This document shows positions 35,376 to 48,588 of a stretch of 64,000 nt of DNA, piece by piece. The stretch is taken from NCBI GenBank assembly GCA_037447605.1, contig CM074812.1, positions 1,736,001 to 1,800,000 of the forward strand. Direction: 5' to 3'. Source of the DNA: Zygnema circumcarinatum SAG 698-1b (lineage: Eukaryota > Plantae > Zygnematophyceae). The notes under the pieces are model-generated. The model saw only the letters and a program-made list of their open reading frames with translations. It was not told the DNA's origin and ran no database searches. Position 1 is the stretch's first letter; the number at the start of each line of letters is the position of its first letter. The position numbers and the translations under genes are program-made.

Positions 35376-36084
35376 GGGTCGAAGGTAGCTCAGAAAGACT
35401 AAGTGTTGCCAAATGCTGGCGGAGAAAATCGCGAAGGGAATATTGGAGAGAAGGTGCGGAATGCATTCATGCCAAAATGCGAAAGAATAAGTCGATCAAG
35501 AACGTGAGACGGCACTTGTTCAGGACAAACGTGTGGGGACGACAGAATCAAAGTCCATGCACGATTTCCAGACGAAGAAGATGCTGGCATGCTAAATGTG
35601 AGAGCCGTCCCTGGACGACCGTCGCTCATGGAAAGCATGAGACAGCTTTCTGAAGCAGACAGCACGTCTGCGGGTAAGACCTTCCAGTTAGCAGAAAATT
35701 TGTGAGTCTGCTGCTGTGCCTACTACACCATTGCAAAAAAGAAAGGCATCAGAAACCCGCCATAGTCCTTGCGGGTGCAAAGAATGAGGGCGGAGAGAGC
35801 GAGAGGGCGAGGGAGGGAGAGAGAGAGAGAGAGGGAGAGGGAGAGGGAGAGGGAGAGGGAGGGACGGAGGGAGAGTGAGGGGGGCGGAGAGGGAGAGTAC
35901 TGTACGGAACCATATCCTTCTACTGTACCGTACAGTACAAAAGATCGTACGGAGGGACACAGTCTTCCCGACAACTGAGGGCCAGAAAAGGTACAATGAT
36001 ACACTACTACCATCCAATTTGAACTATTGAACTCTTTTTTTGGAATTGTTCAAAGGTCAAAGAAAATGGTTTCATGTGAACTTC

Positions 36085-36150
36085 ATGCATGCATGCATCC
36101 ATGCATCCATGCATCCAGTTGATGCATGCATGCATGAATGCATGGATGAT
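36085..36150. repeat. (CATG/CATC)n self-complementary tetranucleotide repeat
   Basis: catgcatgcatgcatccatgcatcc..gatgcatgcatgcatg. Confidence 0.85.
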
Positions 36151-36905
36151 ACATTCTACATGGCAATGGTCATCAGTGAGGGAGTTTCCTTTTTTTGTTC
36201 TGCTTTTGGAGGCTGGATGGCACATGTGCTCATCATCCATGTACTTTTTCAGTCCTTAAGAACAACTTTTAAACTTCCACTTCTTGCTGCACGTTCTGGA
36301 GAAACAGTTCCACTTTAGGAAAGGCAAATTGAATATGAGAATTTAGAGAAGAAAAGAGGCCTGTTCTTCGAGACTTGCCCGTACGTTTCTGAGCCATGAC
36401 ATGGAAACAGCCCGGGGAAAAACAGGTGCACACAAACAAGCTTCCTCGAGAGGAGATCAGCCTTGTGTTAGAATTCAGAGTTTCAACCCATGCAAAACCA
36501 AGGACCGTCCGCTTGGTATGAGGCCCTTCCTCAAAGTACAAAAAGTCTCTTGAAGGAGCCGGAGTGCCCAATTATTCGAACGCCCCCTTCAGGGTCGTCT
36601 CACTACAGTATGATGATGCCCCTCAGCCTCTCCCAAGCCTCTCCTCAGCTACCCCCATCTGGGGCTTTCTATAGACTCGAGGATGGGAGCAGCCGTCCCC
36701 ACGCTTGCAGCCTGCACAAGTAGATGCTCGCCTCTGGAGGCAGAGCAAAGAGAGAGACAACTTTCGGAAATTTGGCATTTCTACTCGTCCCTATTCAAAC
36801 TACACGACCAAACCCAAATCCCATATCCAGCCTTCGCCTCTAACAACACAAATCTTAACAGAGTAAATGACACTGGGTCCCCCCTCTGCTGCCATTATAA
36901 AGTTG

Positions 36906-39900
36906 CTATCTAACAGGAAAGGGTTCGGGAGATGACCCCGTCCGAAGAACATCTGAACCAATCCCTCCTATGGCAGCTTCCCCTCCCCCATGAGTCCCTA
37001 AATCAGTCCCTTCCGTGCCGTGACCGAATTTCCCACTTGCCTGCTCCACAAAGCCCTCTCTCACCATATCTCCGCTTTTCTGCCCTTGCAACCTCGGTTC
37101 ACTCTCTCCATGTAACACAGACGTGCTGCTGTGAAAGTTCCCTGTCAAGTCAGAAACTTGCTCCCCTGCTTCACTTGAAACTTCATTGCTTTGCCGAGTG
37201 TCCTGTATTCTCGCCACCCCTCCCATGGCTGCGCTGCTCCCCTCCTGCCTTGATGGGAATGCAACTTTCCCTCTGCTTACTTCCAAAGCTGCATTCAATC
37301 CTAGACAAGCATCATCCTCTGACAGTCTTGAGGGGGTTGCTGCCCCACCTTCTGCACCTTCCCTTGATGATCTATGTCTCTCTTCCCCCTCTTCCCTCTC
37401 ACCCACCTCTCGACGGCTTCCATGATCAGAATCTATAATGCTCATGGATGGCCGAACCATTCCTCCACTTGGCTTGTTCTTAGACGACCCCATGGATTTC
37501 CGTTCACTTCCCTTGCTATTGTGGTTGTGCTGAGACCCTGTTCCCCAAGACGCTTGTCCAGTGCGGTTTTCAAATTCTCGATCAAACCATTCGGGTGGCT
37601 CCACACCTCTCCCACTTACAGAGCGATCTACCGCACCACCTTTACTCCGACCAGTGGGTTCAGACACAGCTTGAACACCCTGTCTTTCCCCGGACTCCTG
37701 GTACAAGGGTGACTCTATCCTCCGCTTTTTGCCGGGGCTTTCTGTATCATCACTAGGGTCATCTGTGTTGCTAACGTATCGTTTGCTAGAAGCACAGCCC
37801 TCTGCATTGGTCTGCACACCTGCGTCCTGTCGGACCTCATCCTGTGAGCTGTGCAAACCATTGCTCCCTCTCTCTGTGGGAGCATCCTCCTCCTCATCTT
37901 CGTAATCAACCAACCCGAACGGGATTTTCCTGCGATACATCAACAAATTGCGTTCAAACTTCAGCAGTGGACATGATATACACTGAGTGACAAACGGCTC
38001 AATCATCTGAAGTCTTTCCAAAATCAGCCTGCATACACGGAGACATTCGCACATGAACTGGCTTTCAGAAATGCCAGCATTTATGAAGGAATATCTATAA
38101 CTCGCGGAAGATGTTTACAATTTTTAGAAAAAAGCGTTAAAGGTGTACATATTCACCTCAGTGGTAAGTCTTGGAGCAGAGACGAAGCTCCATTAATCAC
38201 TACAGGGGAAGCCGCTTTTTGCTTTGGAGATGACTGGGCAGGGGCTGAAGCAGTGTCCGCTTCCTCATCACTGCCAGAATCAAACGAAACCAAACCAAGC
38301 CTTACAACTTCTTCACGATGAACATCTATCTAGCTTCAACCAAACTTCTAACGTCAAACACCCAACTGCTTCACATAGACTTTCGATGGAAAAAGAAACA
38401 TAAGAAGAAGAACCCAAAAGGAAAAACAGAAAGGAATGGATACCTGTCCTCGTTAAAGTAATTTCTTTCGATGGAAGAAACATAAGAAAAAGAAACCAAA
38501 AGGACCAAACAGAAAGTAGAGGGAATGAATACCTGTCCTCGTTGAAGTAATTTTCCTCATCTTTGTCCAATTCACGGTCATCTTTCCGCCGTCTCTGGGC
38601 TGAAGGGCCAACAGCAGTAAGCCGTTCACGAGCCCTATTGGGTCCTGCCTCCTTAGGTCCAATAGTGGCTCCTGTAACTGCTGCCGGACTATCACTCATC
38701 GGAGAATTTTCCTTTGCCTGCAGGCAGCCAACCCATGTCAGCCGGGCTAACAAACTTTCACCGACTCACCGACTTACAAACATATCGAACAACAATTGGA
38801 ATGAAGGAGTACGGTAGAATCGACACGAGCAAAAACAGGTGAGAATCTGCAAAAAAAGCAGGTGAGGAAGGGGACATGCCTGGTCGTATTTAAGCTGTAG
38901 TTGATTAAACGTATCAACGTAGGTGACGCTAGCAAGCTTCTCACCAAACTTCTCAACAAGGTGAGAAATAAGGCTCTTTATATTCTCCTGCAAATTCACA
39001 CATTGCATTAGTAAGCCTGTAGAAAGCAGCAAATCACAATGTGCCGGCATAGGTGTATGTATAGGCATAAGGATTCGAGCTACAAAATTCTCAATATGAT
39101 CTAAGAATAAGAAAACGAAGCAGTGGAGAAAAAAAAATTAGCAACAGGGTCTGCCAAGCGCAAAATCGAAAACAAAAAAATACAGAAGAATGAACAACAA
39201 AAGATTAACCCGTTGATTTCACTATCTAGAGATGTCTCCTGCGCAATTCTTGCAAGAACAGATACATGAGCTGGCACATACATAAGGTGGTCAATGGACA
39301 GACCTTTCTTATGAAATCTATCATCTCAATAACAGCGGAGTTTAGTAGATTATAGCGATTTCCGTTAGTCAAAAAGGCCTGTATGACGGGCTCAAAGAGA
39401 TTATTCTTCAGCAAATAGCGGTAATAAAAGTCATCCTGCCAAGTGTTCCGCACAAACACCCAAACCGGCCAAGAATTCTGTCAAAGATAGAAACCGTTGG
39501 CAAAATTTCAAGAGATTGGAATGGGTCGGTTTGCTGTAAGGAAGAATCATGCAAGACAAAATGAATAGAAGCTGCTGCTGCCAATGAAGCATGTTACCTT
39601 CGAACCAATGCAAATACGGAGGAAGCGCACAGCTGCGACAACGAGATACTTTTCCCTTCTCCGAAGCAGTCGCAATACCTTCTCCACAACATTGTTTCTC
39701 AACACATAATACCTAAATAGCATTCCAGGACAACACCAAGACAACGGAGAATTCAGTTTGACCGAATAGGTTCGCAAAAACAATCTATCCCTGCGCTTGG
39801 TGGATAACCAATAGTCACGGTATTATAGAACCTCAAAAGGAAGGTTACTTCAAGAAGGTTGTATCCCGCAAAGTTAACCGTCCGTCTGTGTTAACCCAAT

Positions 39901-40156
39901 AACCGTTTGACTTATCTCAAAATACAAGGATCATTACTGTGCTTTAAGATAAACAAGACAGCTATGCATTTGACAAAAATATAGTGGCGAACACCTTATG
40001 ATGATTACTTGATAAATAAATAGCAAATGTTAGCCCAAGCAACAGCTTCATGTGTGCTTGTCAGCACTCCGTGCACACCCATCCACAGCCCTCCGCAACA
40101 CCAAACGTCCCTATAATCCAATCAATGCAGAAATGATCGACCACTAATGTTAAGGT

Positions 40157-40190
<34 letters not shown>

Positions 40191-40191
40191 T

Positions 40192-40229
<38 letters not shown>

Positions 40230-43200
40230 AAGAGGGAGGGGGAGAGAGGGGGAGAGAGAGGGGGAGAGAGAGAGAGAAAGAGAGAGAGAGAGTAGGCCGT
40301 ACTTGATACGAAAACTGTGGTGTTGCACACAAAAGCATAAGAGCTCCACTATGTTTGCCATCACTTCTGGAGAAATCTCGCGAGGGGACCCATCATGGTC
40401 CGGACTGTCCACGGCGCTTTTTTGCGGCGCGGATTGGTCAAATGGGCGACCACCGGTCAACGCTCCGACCAATTTGTCAACGTATTGGTCATAAAAAACT
40501 TCAAGAAACTTATTCTTCTCCATCTGCAAGAAACAGAGGCACGGCAATCAAGTCAAAAGTACAGCATAGAGTAAGAATCAGATTACTCTAAAAAACTGCT
40601 TTCGGATCCATATTCGATCAGATTGCGCTGTGCCCTCAATTACCTCTTCCTCCGTGAAGTCTATTCCTTGTACTCTAAAACATGGAACGAAGACGATAAA
40701 ATCAAAAACCACTCACATGTACGCAACTATATCCACAACTTCAACACTGGAATACTGGAATTGAGTAACTAAATTTGGAGCTTAGACAAGACCAGATCAA
40801 GATCTTTGGGCTGATGTTAAGGAACACCATGAGCAGACGACAGAAAAAAGCATTTCATTCAGTGGACTGCAGCAAAAAATCGCTTAAAAGTGCAGATCAT
40901 GTCAAGCAAGGTGCATTCAACCACGCATATCCTATCCACGTGAAAAATGTCAACAGACGTTTTTGCCTGTCAAAAATGCAGCCACTCTTGCGAACTTACA
41001 TCCACGGGCAGCGAGACACAGGGAAGTCTTACCCCCTCCATAGTATCCGGGTCCAATAAGAGCCGCAAAATCTCCAATAATTGGACTTGCAACCCCCCTT
41101 CTCCTATAGTGAGCATTCCCTTCACCTGCATGACTCAACAATCTCGGATTAGTCTACCAAAGTCTCCATGAAGTCTCTTAAACAGCCCAACTGTTTAAGA
41201 ATTACTGGCCCATATTCCATAACGATGAATAACAAGACAATTCAACCAAAACTGAGAAAATTTGCAGGACATAACTCCAAGTGACCACCTTGTTTTCTTC
41301 TCTGTCCGCCCCTTTCAAACTTCAAACCTCTCCTCAGATCCGTACAAAGGAACACGACAGGGCAAGGCTTTTGAGAAAGAGCAGCCATGAAACGACTACA
41401 ATTCAGGAATCTCAGAAAGCCTAATCTGCGGAGTCGACAAAACCCAAAAACCAAACACAAAAATCGAAATTGAATAACGAAGGACAATCCTCCATTTAGG
41501 AGGATAACTGACAGCTCAACATACCAGCTGTCAGCTACAGCAGCAGTACGATCGAACTTCATGATTAAAGCTTGCTTGCTGCTTTAAAGTTAAAAGTTAC
41601 TTACCAAAAGGCCATATAAAAGATGGTCAGCCTGATCCACCAGAAAGCCGCGCAAAGCAGCCGGGTCTGGGTTCAAAGTAGCCATCAAAATATCGGCCCT
41701 AAATTGAAAAAAAAGAAACCACAACAATTTCTCAGACAAGACCTTCGCAATAGTGCGAGGGTCTACCATTTTTTCTTTTCAGTGGTGGATTCACTACAGT
41801 AACAGGAAGAAATCAACCCACATTGTGTCCTCATAAACTCTCTTTGTTCAAAAACCCACTTTTCGCCACCGAAAGACCGAACCTGGCTCAAAAGAACAGG
41901 AATGCATAATGCCCTATACAACACCCTTTTGATCTCTGCCAACATCATAGAAATATAATTTTCTCTAACAACAAATGGTCGAGACAAAAATCTTTAGCCA
42001 CGACAAGCGGGAAGGTGCATGTGCAGCGCTCACCCACTCAAGCGAATGGCCTCATCCGGATGCTGCATGGTTGTAGTCACAATCTCAAATAAGCCGGCAG
42101 CGATAAGATCGCTGGAAACCCCCCCCCCCCCCAACATCTCATCTCATCACTCTCTCTCAAATCGGAGGATAGCATCAGACTCAAGGCACAACAATATCCT
42201 GTGTGTGAGTGAGCTGGGAAACAAACAAGCATATTAAATCTCATCAGGGGAACTAAAGCTAGACAGGACAAACGGGCTACGCTGAAACTCAGCTCCAACT
42301 TTTCTAAAGAACAAAAGAGTTTCTAGAGGACTGCGAGCTCGAATGAGGAAAGAGCATGCTCACCTAAAAAGCTGATTCCGCTGTGCGGGAGGCAAATGCT
42401 TGTGCAGATTACAAAATTCTTGCAAGAATGAGACCTGCACAGGAGCAGGAAAAAACAGCCCAACATGAAGGCCACTGTCGCATAGTCTTTAAAGACTACC
42501 TCGTTTTCACAAAACCCAACTTACGGTCCACCTTTGTATCCTCAAACGCCTTCTTTCCTATTAAAGTCCAATTCGCCATCCAACACTCCAACACCCAACG
42601 ACTAATGGCCACCGATACTATTTATCTCTGCAACATATATACATATATACATATTGCAATATCATTTCCTGCCAGATTCTGTATACAGAAAGAAAACGTG
42701 GCAAGCAGATGGGCAGAAAGCAAGCAGTACACACCAGATCCCTCCAACTCGGCTTTGAAGGGTCGCTATTCATAAGACGCGAGAACAGGTCTGTCATGAA
42801 TGGCCGGTCAATGTGTAGGCTTGTAACAACCTGAGCCATGTACACCAAAGGAGAAGGAAATGTCGATAGCATGACTCTGATGAAATCCTCGTGATTACAG
42901 AAACAGCAAAGAACATTGCAGCCGGTAATCGTTCGAACGGGTTCACAGAGATCAATGGGAAGGGAGCTAACCTCAAGACTGTTGAAAAGCATGAGAGAAT
43001 TGAAGGTGCCCGACGTTTGATCATCCAATACACGCGGAAGAATGACATCCTGTCAGAGCAGACAGAATCAACGCATCAGCCAGGAATAAAGTTTCCAAAC
43101 CAAACCAGCAGAGTTTAATCTTGGTCGGCATAAAATGAACGATATGTACTAGTTAATCGAAAAAAGATGTGCAATGCGCATTCTGCACGTGGCTATCCAC

Positions 43201-46200
43201 GTGAGCATATGTCCGCACACAGATTTGAGCAGCGTTGTCAACAAGGAAAAAAGTGACAAAAACTGATCATTTAACCAGAATTTCAAAAGCAGGACAAAGC
43301 TTCCATGTTCTGACGGAGCATAAAACCAATCACACAAAATAGGCAATGAATGCTATCACATGAGGAAGACCCAAAGAGTAGATAAAACTCAAAAAATTCC
43401 AATCTGCTATACAAAGCCCAATATCATTTATGCCGAGTCATGCAAATCACTTGGCCTATGGAATATGACAGACAGGTGGGCAATAAACGGAAGATGAAGC
43501 ACCTTTATGTAGCCAATCCTATAAGTCTGGTGAATCTTCGAAAGCACCGCCGGATCACGAATTGGAACAGCCTGACATATCCAGCACAGTTACTAGTCAT
43601 TGCCAAAACAATAACTTGGTTATTGGTTATTGGTTGTATTTCCGATACACAACCAAGTCACTTAAAAAAGCGAATAAGGTTGAGTTGCTCTATCTGGATT
43701 TGATTTACACGCGACGTGAGCTTGAACCAGTTCTCGATTTGCAAAAGCACATCCGCAAATGGAAGGCTTATTAACTCTTTCTCTTAGACTTAAACTTTAC
43801 ATACGCGAGGGTTATGGCAGATATTCACCTCCTTAAAGACCACCTGCTCTTTCAAGTAAGCACGATGGTTTTGACGCTCCGCCAGCTCCGGATCATCTGC
43901 AAATACAGGAAGCAGGAGATGTTCACATGCCAATAATCTCATGTTTCCCAACAAGAAGTATTACGTAGAACTTTAAGAGCTATCTCATACGTAGTTATCT
44001 AAATAAGTATGTCAATTTAAGCAACAGCGAACGCTCTTAGGCAGAAACGTGCGGGAGATCTTCAGCGACTTTATTTTCAGGATCAAATAGTAGACTGACA
44101 TTCGAGGGCGCCAACAACGTCCATGATTACTTCATCACTGAAAAGGAGGTCAAAAAGTCGCCCGTCGTTAAGTAAAACTGCAAAACACGATGAAGAAAAT
44201 CCCATGCAAGCATCACTATAGATCCAAAGAAAAAAAAAACCCAATGAAGTTGAAGGACAGTCAAAAAGAAAATACTACAACCGTTTTGAAACTGCTGAGC
44301 CTATGCAAGATTCAATCACTGCATAGACAATTGGATTAGCCAAAACAAAAATAATTACTACCATAAACTGCGCATGCAACTGACTCCAGAGGACATCACA
44401 AATCCCTTCCCTCAGAAATTAATGAAGGTGCTAAAATCTCGTTTCACTAAAGCTGACCGATCTATCATGCGACAGAAAGAGCAGGTGAAAAATGCCCTAC
44501 TTAGGCCTTTCACAATTTTATAGAGATGATGAAGGCCTTCTATATTCTCGAGGTCTTCGCAGACCCTGAATTGCTCCAGTATTCTCCCAACATAGTTCCG
44601 CTGCCACAGCGAAAGGAAAAAAAAATGAATGTAAAGTGCAATGTGAATGCATATGTGGATATACATGATTGCGAACACCATCTGCAACAAGGCAGGCCAT
44701 TCCTTCCTGCCTAACCCGCATCCCGTACACGAGACAAAAAGCAATGAAACAGAAGGCACCGATGAAATACATAACTCTTAATAGCTTATATTAAAGTAAA
44801 AGCAAAAAGAAGTTGGTTGGCATCTGGCTTTCCTTGGTGACTCCGCTCTCGTTTACCCTTTCTACAAGGAATGCTATTTTTATCACCCGTCTCTTAAGAA
44901 AAGAGAAAGAGACTCACATCTCGCAAAAGCATTGATGCGACCCGATCCCGATGGTAAGGTGCAATATCAGTGACACTCTGAAATCAATCCCCAAAGACCC
45001 AAGTGATATCATCGTCTTTATCTGAATTTGATTAGATGAAGCTCCCATTAAAGCACTTGGAGAAAAGTCAATTTCGTTACCATGGCCCTGATGAGGGTTA
45101 TGTACAAGTTCCTCTCGAAACTGCAAGCGATGTACCTTAACGATCTGATAAAGATTCTTCAGGTCCACAGGTGGAAGATCCATAATATCTCGATTACCAC
45201 CGTCAGGAAGCGCATCATCTGCCAAAAACATTGCTATCAGTAAAGCCACATCTCGCAATCTCTCCTCACTCCTAAAACAGCGGCCTAATCTGAACCTGCA
45301 TCACTTCAACAGCTTCATGTTTGTAGCAGTCAGAAGCTAACTTTAACTTGTGACCAGCTTCAGTGACTGCAGTTGGCTGCAAGCAAGACCTCCAATAAGG
45401 ATAAGGATAAGGATGACATCTGCATTACCCACCATCATCTTGTGAAGTGCCTGAATGCTCCAAGTCATCTGCAAGTTGTCGTGGTCCCGCGTCCAGAGCT
45501 GTGATGAAACATTCAATTTGCGGAGTGTGAGAAAATAATCTAATACAGCGGACTAAGTCCATAACAGAGTCCCACAAAAAGGTTGCAGACATAACAATAA
45601 CAAAACGATGTTCATAATTGGGGTTAAGTTGGCACTTGCAAAGTCTGTCTGCCGCAAAAAGATTGTCTTGTGTGCTAAACTTACATGCTCGCCATGCCTT
45701 AGGAAACCATGTAGAAAACTAAGTCACTATTTCAGCTGCCCATGAGATATTCTAAGAAGTGACAGACTTACATGCCACATTGGGGAACTGGCTTTGCCGT
45801 TGAACAGTACAAATCTGCTCCCTGCGAATATCGGACACTTCTGTTAGAGGAACCAGCAATGTCAAACTTTGAACGAATTGCAAACTTGACCGGAAGAGAG
45901 ATGGCAAAAACGTTGGAATAAGAGAACGACGACCACATACCAAATGTAAGCACAACCCATTGTCTCTTGAAAGCTGAGGGCCAAGTCTGTGGCCACTTCA
46001 GGATCGGTCCATGATATAATAGTATCTGTTCATGTCAGCCATATTCAAATAGGAATAAATATAAACGCTTCTCAGCAATTAAAGACTATCAATATCGGTA
46101 CTTTCGAAAAAATGATGACAATACGGACTATCCAACAAAGACCAGAATGAATTCATCCCACCATGTGTTTCATCATACGACGGGACTGGACGGGGACTCC

Positions 46201-47501
46201 TTCCATTGTTGATTTGGTGGGACTTGAACGAACACAGGCAAACAGCTCTACTGATCTCAATGGACTTTGGAATGCTTGCTCTAACCAGGCACAGCTGAGA
46301 AAATGCGAAAGCTCCATGATCCTGAGACCACCTTCACTGACTAAGCAGCCATGCTCAAATACCTTCTTGCCTCTGGTAGATATCATCTGCTGATATGCGA
46401 TGAACCAGCAACGTTGCATGGTCATCTTCGTCAATGACCACGAGACCGACAGCATCCGAACGCTGCATGCCACCAGAGAAACAAATAATTCTTCTCATCT
46501 ACATTTAGCTTTGCGCCCTCTCCACACGAACAGAAACTTGCAATGGACAAGAGGTTAAACTGACCAAACTGCGAGCGCTACGTTAGTTCCGAAATGCTGG
46601 AAAACCTAGACCAACAAAGAGACTACAAGGGCTCTTCCAAGTCTGAGCGTTGCAATGTTGTGCCTCCATTCCCAAGAACCTGTGGGAAAGCAAGTGAAGT
46701 TATTCTGGCAAACTTACTTCGAGATACTCAACCGACACGTGGCCTGTGCCTTTATCATCCCACTTCCCGTCGTCGTTCAGACGATAGACCTTCACCCGCT
46801 GTTCACCATTCACGCAGGAAAAGGTAAAATCAGATAAATCGACAGCAGGCTCTCGTTTAGAATGACCACAACCCCATTCTTTGCAGACTGAGATGTGGTA
46901 CGCGACATTCTACTTTACAAACACCACCGAGACCTTATGACAGAAAATCCGTCAATTGCAGAGATCCGGTAACACTCCTAGCCCTGTATGATCTCCCACT
47001 ATGATTGCCTTAGCATGCACAAGAAAATGGTGCTTGTACATGTAAAGTGCCGTCTCCTTAAGAATACAATTCACATTCGGATAAAAATAGGTCAACGAGG
47101 TAATCTCTCATCCCTTCCAGAAGAGGACCTATTGATAAGTCAAACCGTGAGCACTTTAGATCGTATTGCCGAAGTCCTATTCATGCTACTCTTCTCAATC
47201 GAACAATCTGAATGGCAAGGACGTGATTTTCACTTGCAAGTATCGGTACTGCGAACAGAATTCATGCAGGAAAGGATATCGCGAAGTTGTTTTTCATCTT
47301 TCTCGAGCATACACAACACCAACGAGTAGCTTGAAAGCCGTCCATATCCCTGAAAGCTCCTCTCCTCGGCAAGCTACAAACACAAGCCCTAATCACACCA
47401 AGAAGCCCGAAACACACCTCTGTTTGCAGAATGTTAAAATCAGAAGCACGATAACGAACCTGCAGGTAATTGGACTCCATCGCAGAGCCCTGGTTCGACA
47501 T
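36906..47501 (-). CDS. PSY2L-like: Protein phosphatase 4 regulatory subunit 3 (PP4R3/SMEK/PSY2), many exons
   Basis: [14 protein letters not shown]|[21 protein letters not shown] (EVH1-like domain). Further segments: [84 protein letters not shown]-terminal SSPEP. Confidence 0.95.
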
Positions 47502-48565
47502 GGATACCCTCCTTATTGTTCCCACTCAAGCAAACGCAATAGCTTGAACAGACTCAAACGATACCAACACTTGATTCTCCAACACGCCCAGCTACACCGG
47601 TCGCAAACCACCCCTCAATTGGCGCCTCCAGGCCTCAATAGAGTGCCAAACGGGTGCGCAGAGCCGCGTAGCAGTGCCTGCAGTGGTCTCCGCCCTCCAT
47701 GGCCAGCCCTTCCTCTCTCCCCACCCCAACGCCTCCTCCTCCAGCCCTTGGCGCGGGAAAACCAATTTGTCAAACCTGCGCCACCTCATGGAACCTCACG
47801 TCACATGCACGCCGTTTTTGTTATAGTTACTGTAACAGGCTAGCTCTCAGTGTAACCGTAACTGCAACGTTCTGCGAGAAAATGGAGCACAGAACTGTAA
47901 AGTCAACTGAACAGTCGATAACGGCTGACCAATAGGGCACGAGAATGACTGGCTAAACGCTAACCAGCGATGGACGGTTCTGACTGACTAAAATGACAAC
48001 CTAAACTTCGTAAGGTATATCTCAGTCATAGTCACCTTAAAGCATGAAATTGCATGGTACGGCACTGCACAGTTTTTACTGCCGAGAAAATGGGAACGAA
48101 CATGAGAGCAAACATGAGGTTATGAAGCAAAGTTCAGCTCATAGCTTGTTTGATTCGTCCCAAGTTCCATTGTGATCGGTTTGGTTATTTGTGGTTCTCC
48201 ATCTTGTTGTAACTTTCCATGTGCATTTCATGGCATCCAGGAGTTCAATGCTAAATCCATCCCCAATTGGTGCATTCACACATCTACCATGAATACATAC
48301 AATCTTACATTGTTTTCATGCCACCCAAGTTGCCAAGCGAGGCCCACAACTCTCCTAGAAGCCACAAAGAGATATTTTCGAGCGCGGGCGAAGCTCATCC
48401 GTTCGGCCACGTCGCTCCAATCTCATGATAAGGAGCTACAGCAGTTTAGTGCTACAGAATTTTCCCCGCTACAGCCACCCACTGCGCGCTACAGCCCAGA
48501 GCCACCCTCCGTTCTATCCTTCAAGCCGCGCCTCCATGGCGGAGGCTCCCCCCTCCCCGCTCCAG

Positions 48566-48580
48566 AAACCCTAACCCTAA
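48566..48580 (+). promoter_or_regulatory. Telo-box (AAACCCTAACCCTAA) just upstream of the PPR start codon
   Basis: AAACCCTA matches the plant telo-box and the element ends 8 nt before ATG 48589. Confidence 0.5.
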
Positions 48581-48588
48581 TTGGCGTG

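Noticed and set aside
44060-44140. C/D-box-like TGATGA..CTGA on the minus strand
   Set aside because: TGATGA lies in a PP4R3 coding exon ([13 protein letters not shown]). Similar pairs at ~42175-42247 and ~53737-53890 lack terminal stems or recognisable guides.
47271-47279. U12-type donor-like ATATCCTTT in PP4R3 intron 1
   Set aside because: No matching U12 branch point or AC acceptor, and a GT-AG intron already joins the frame.
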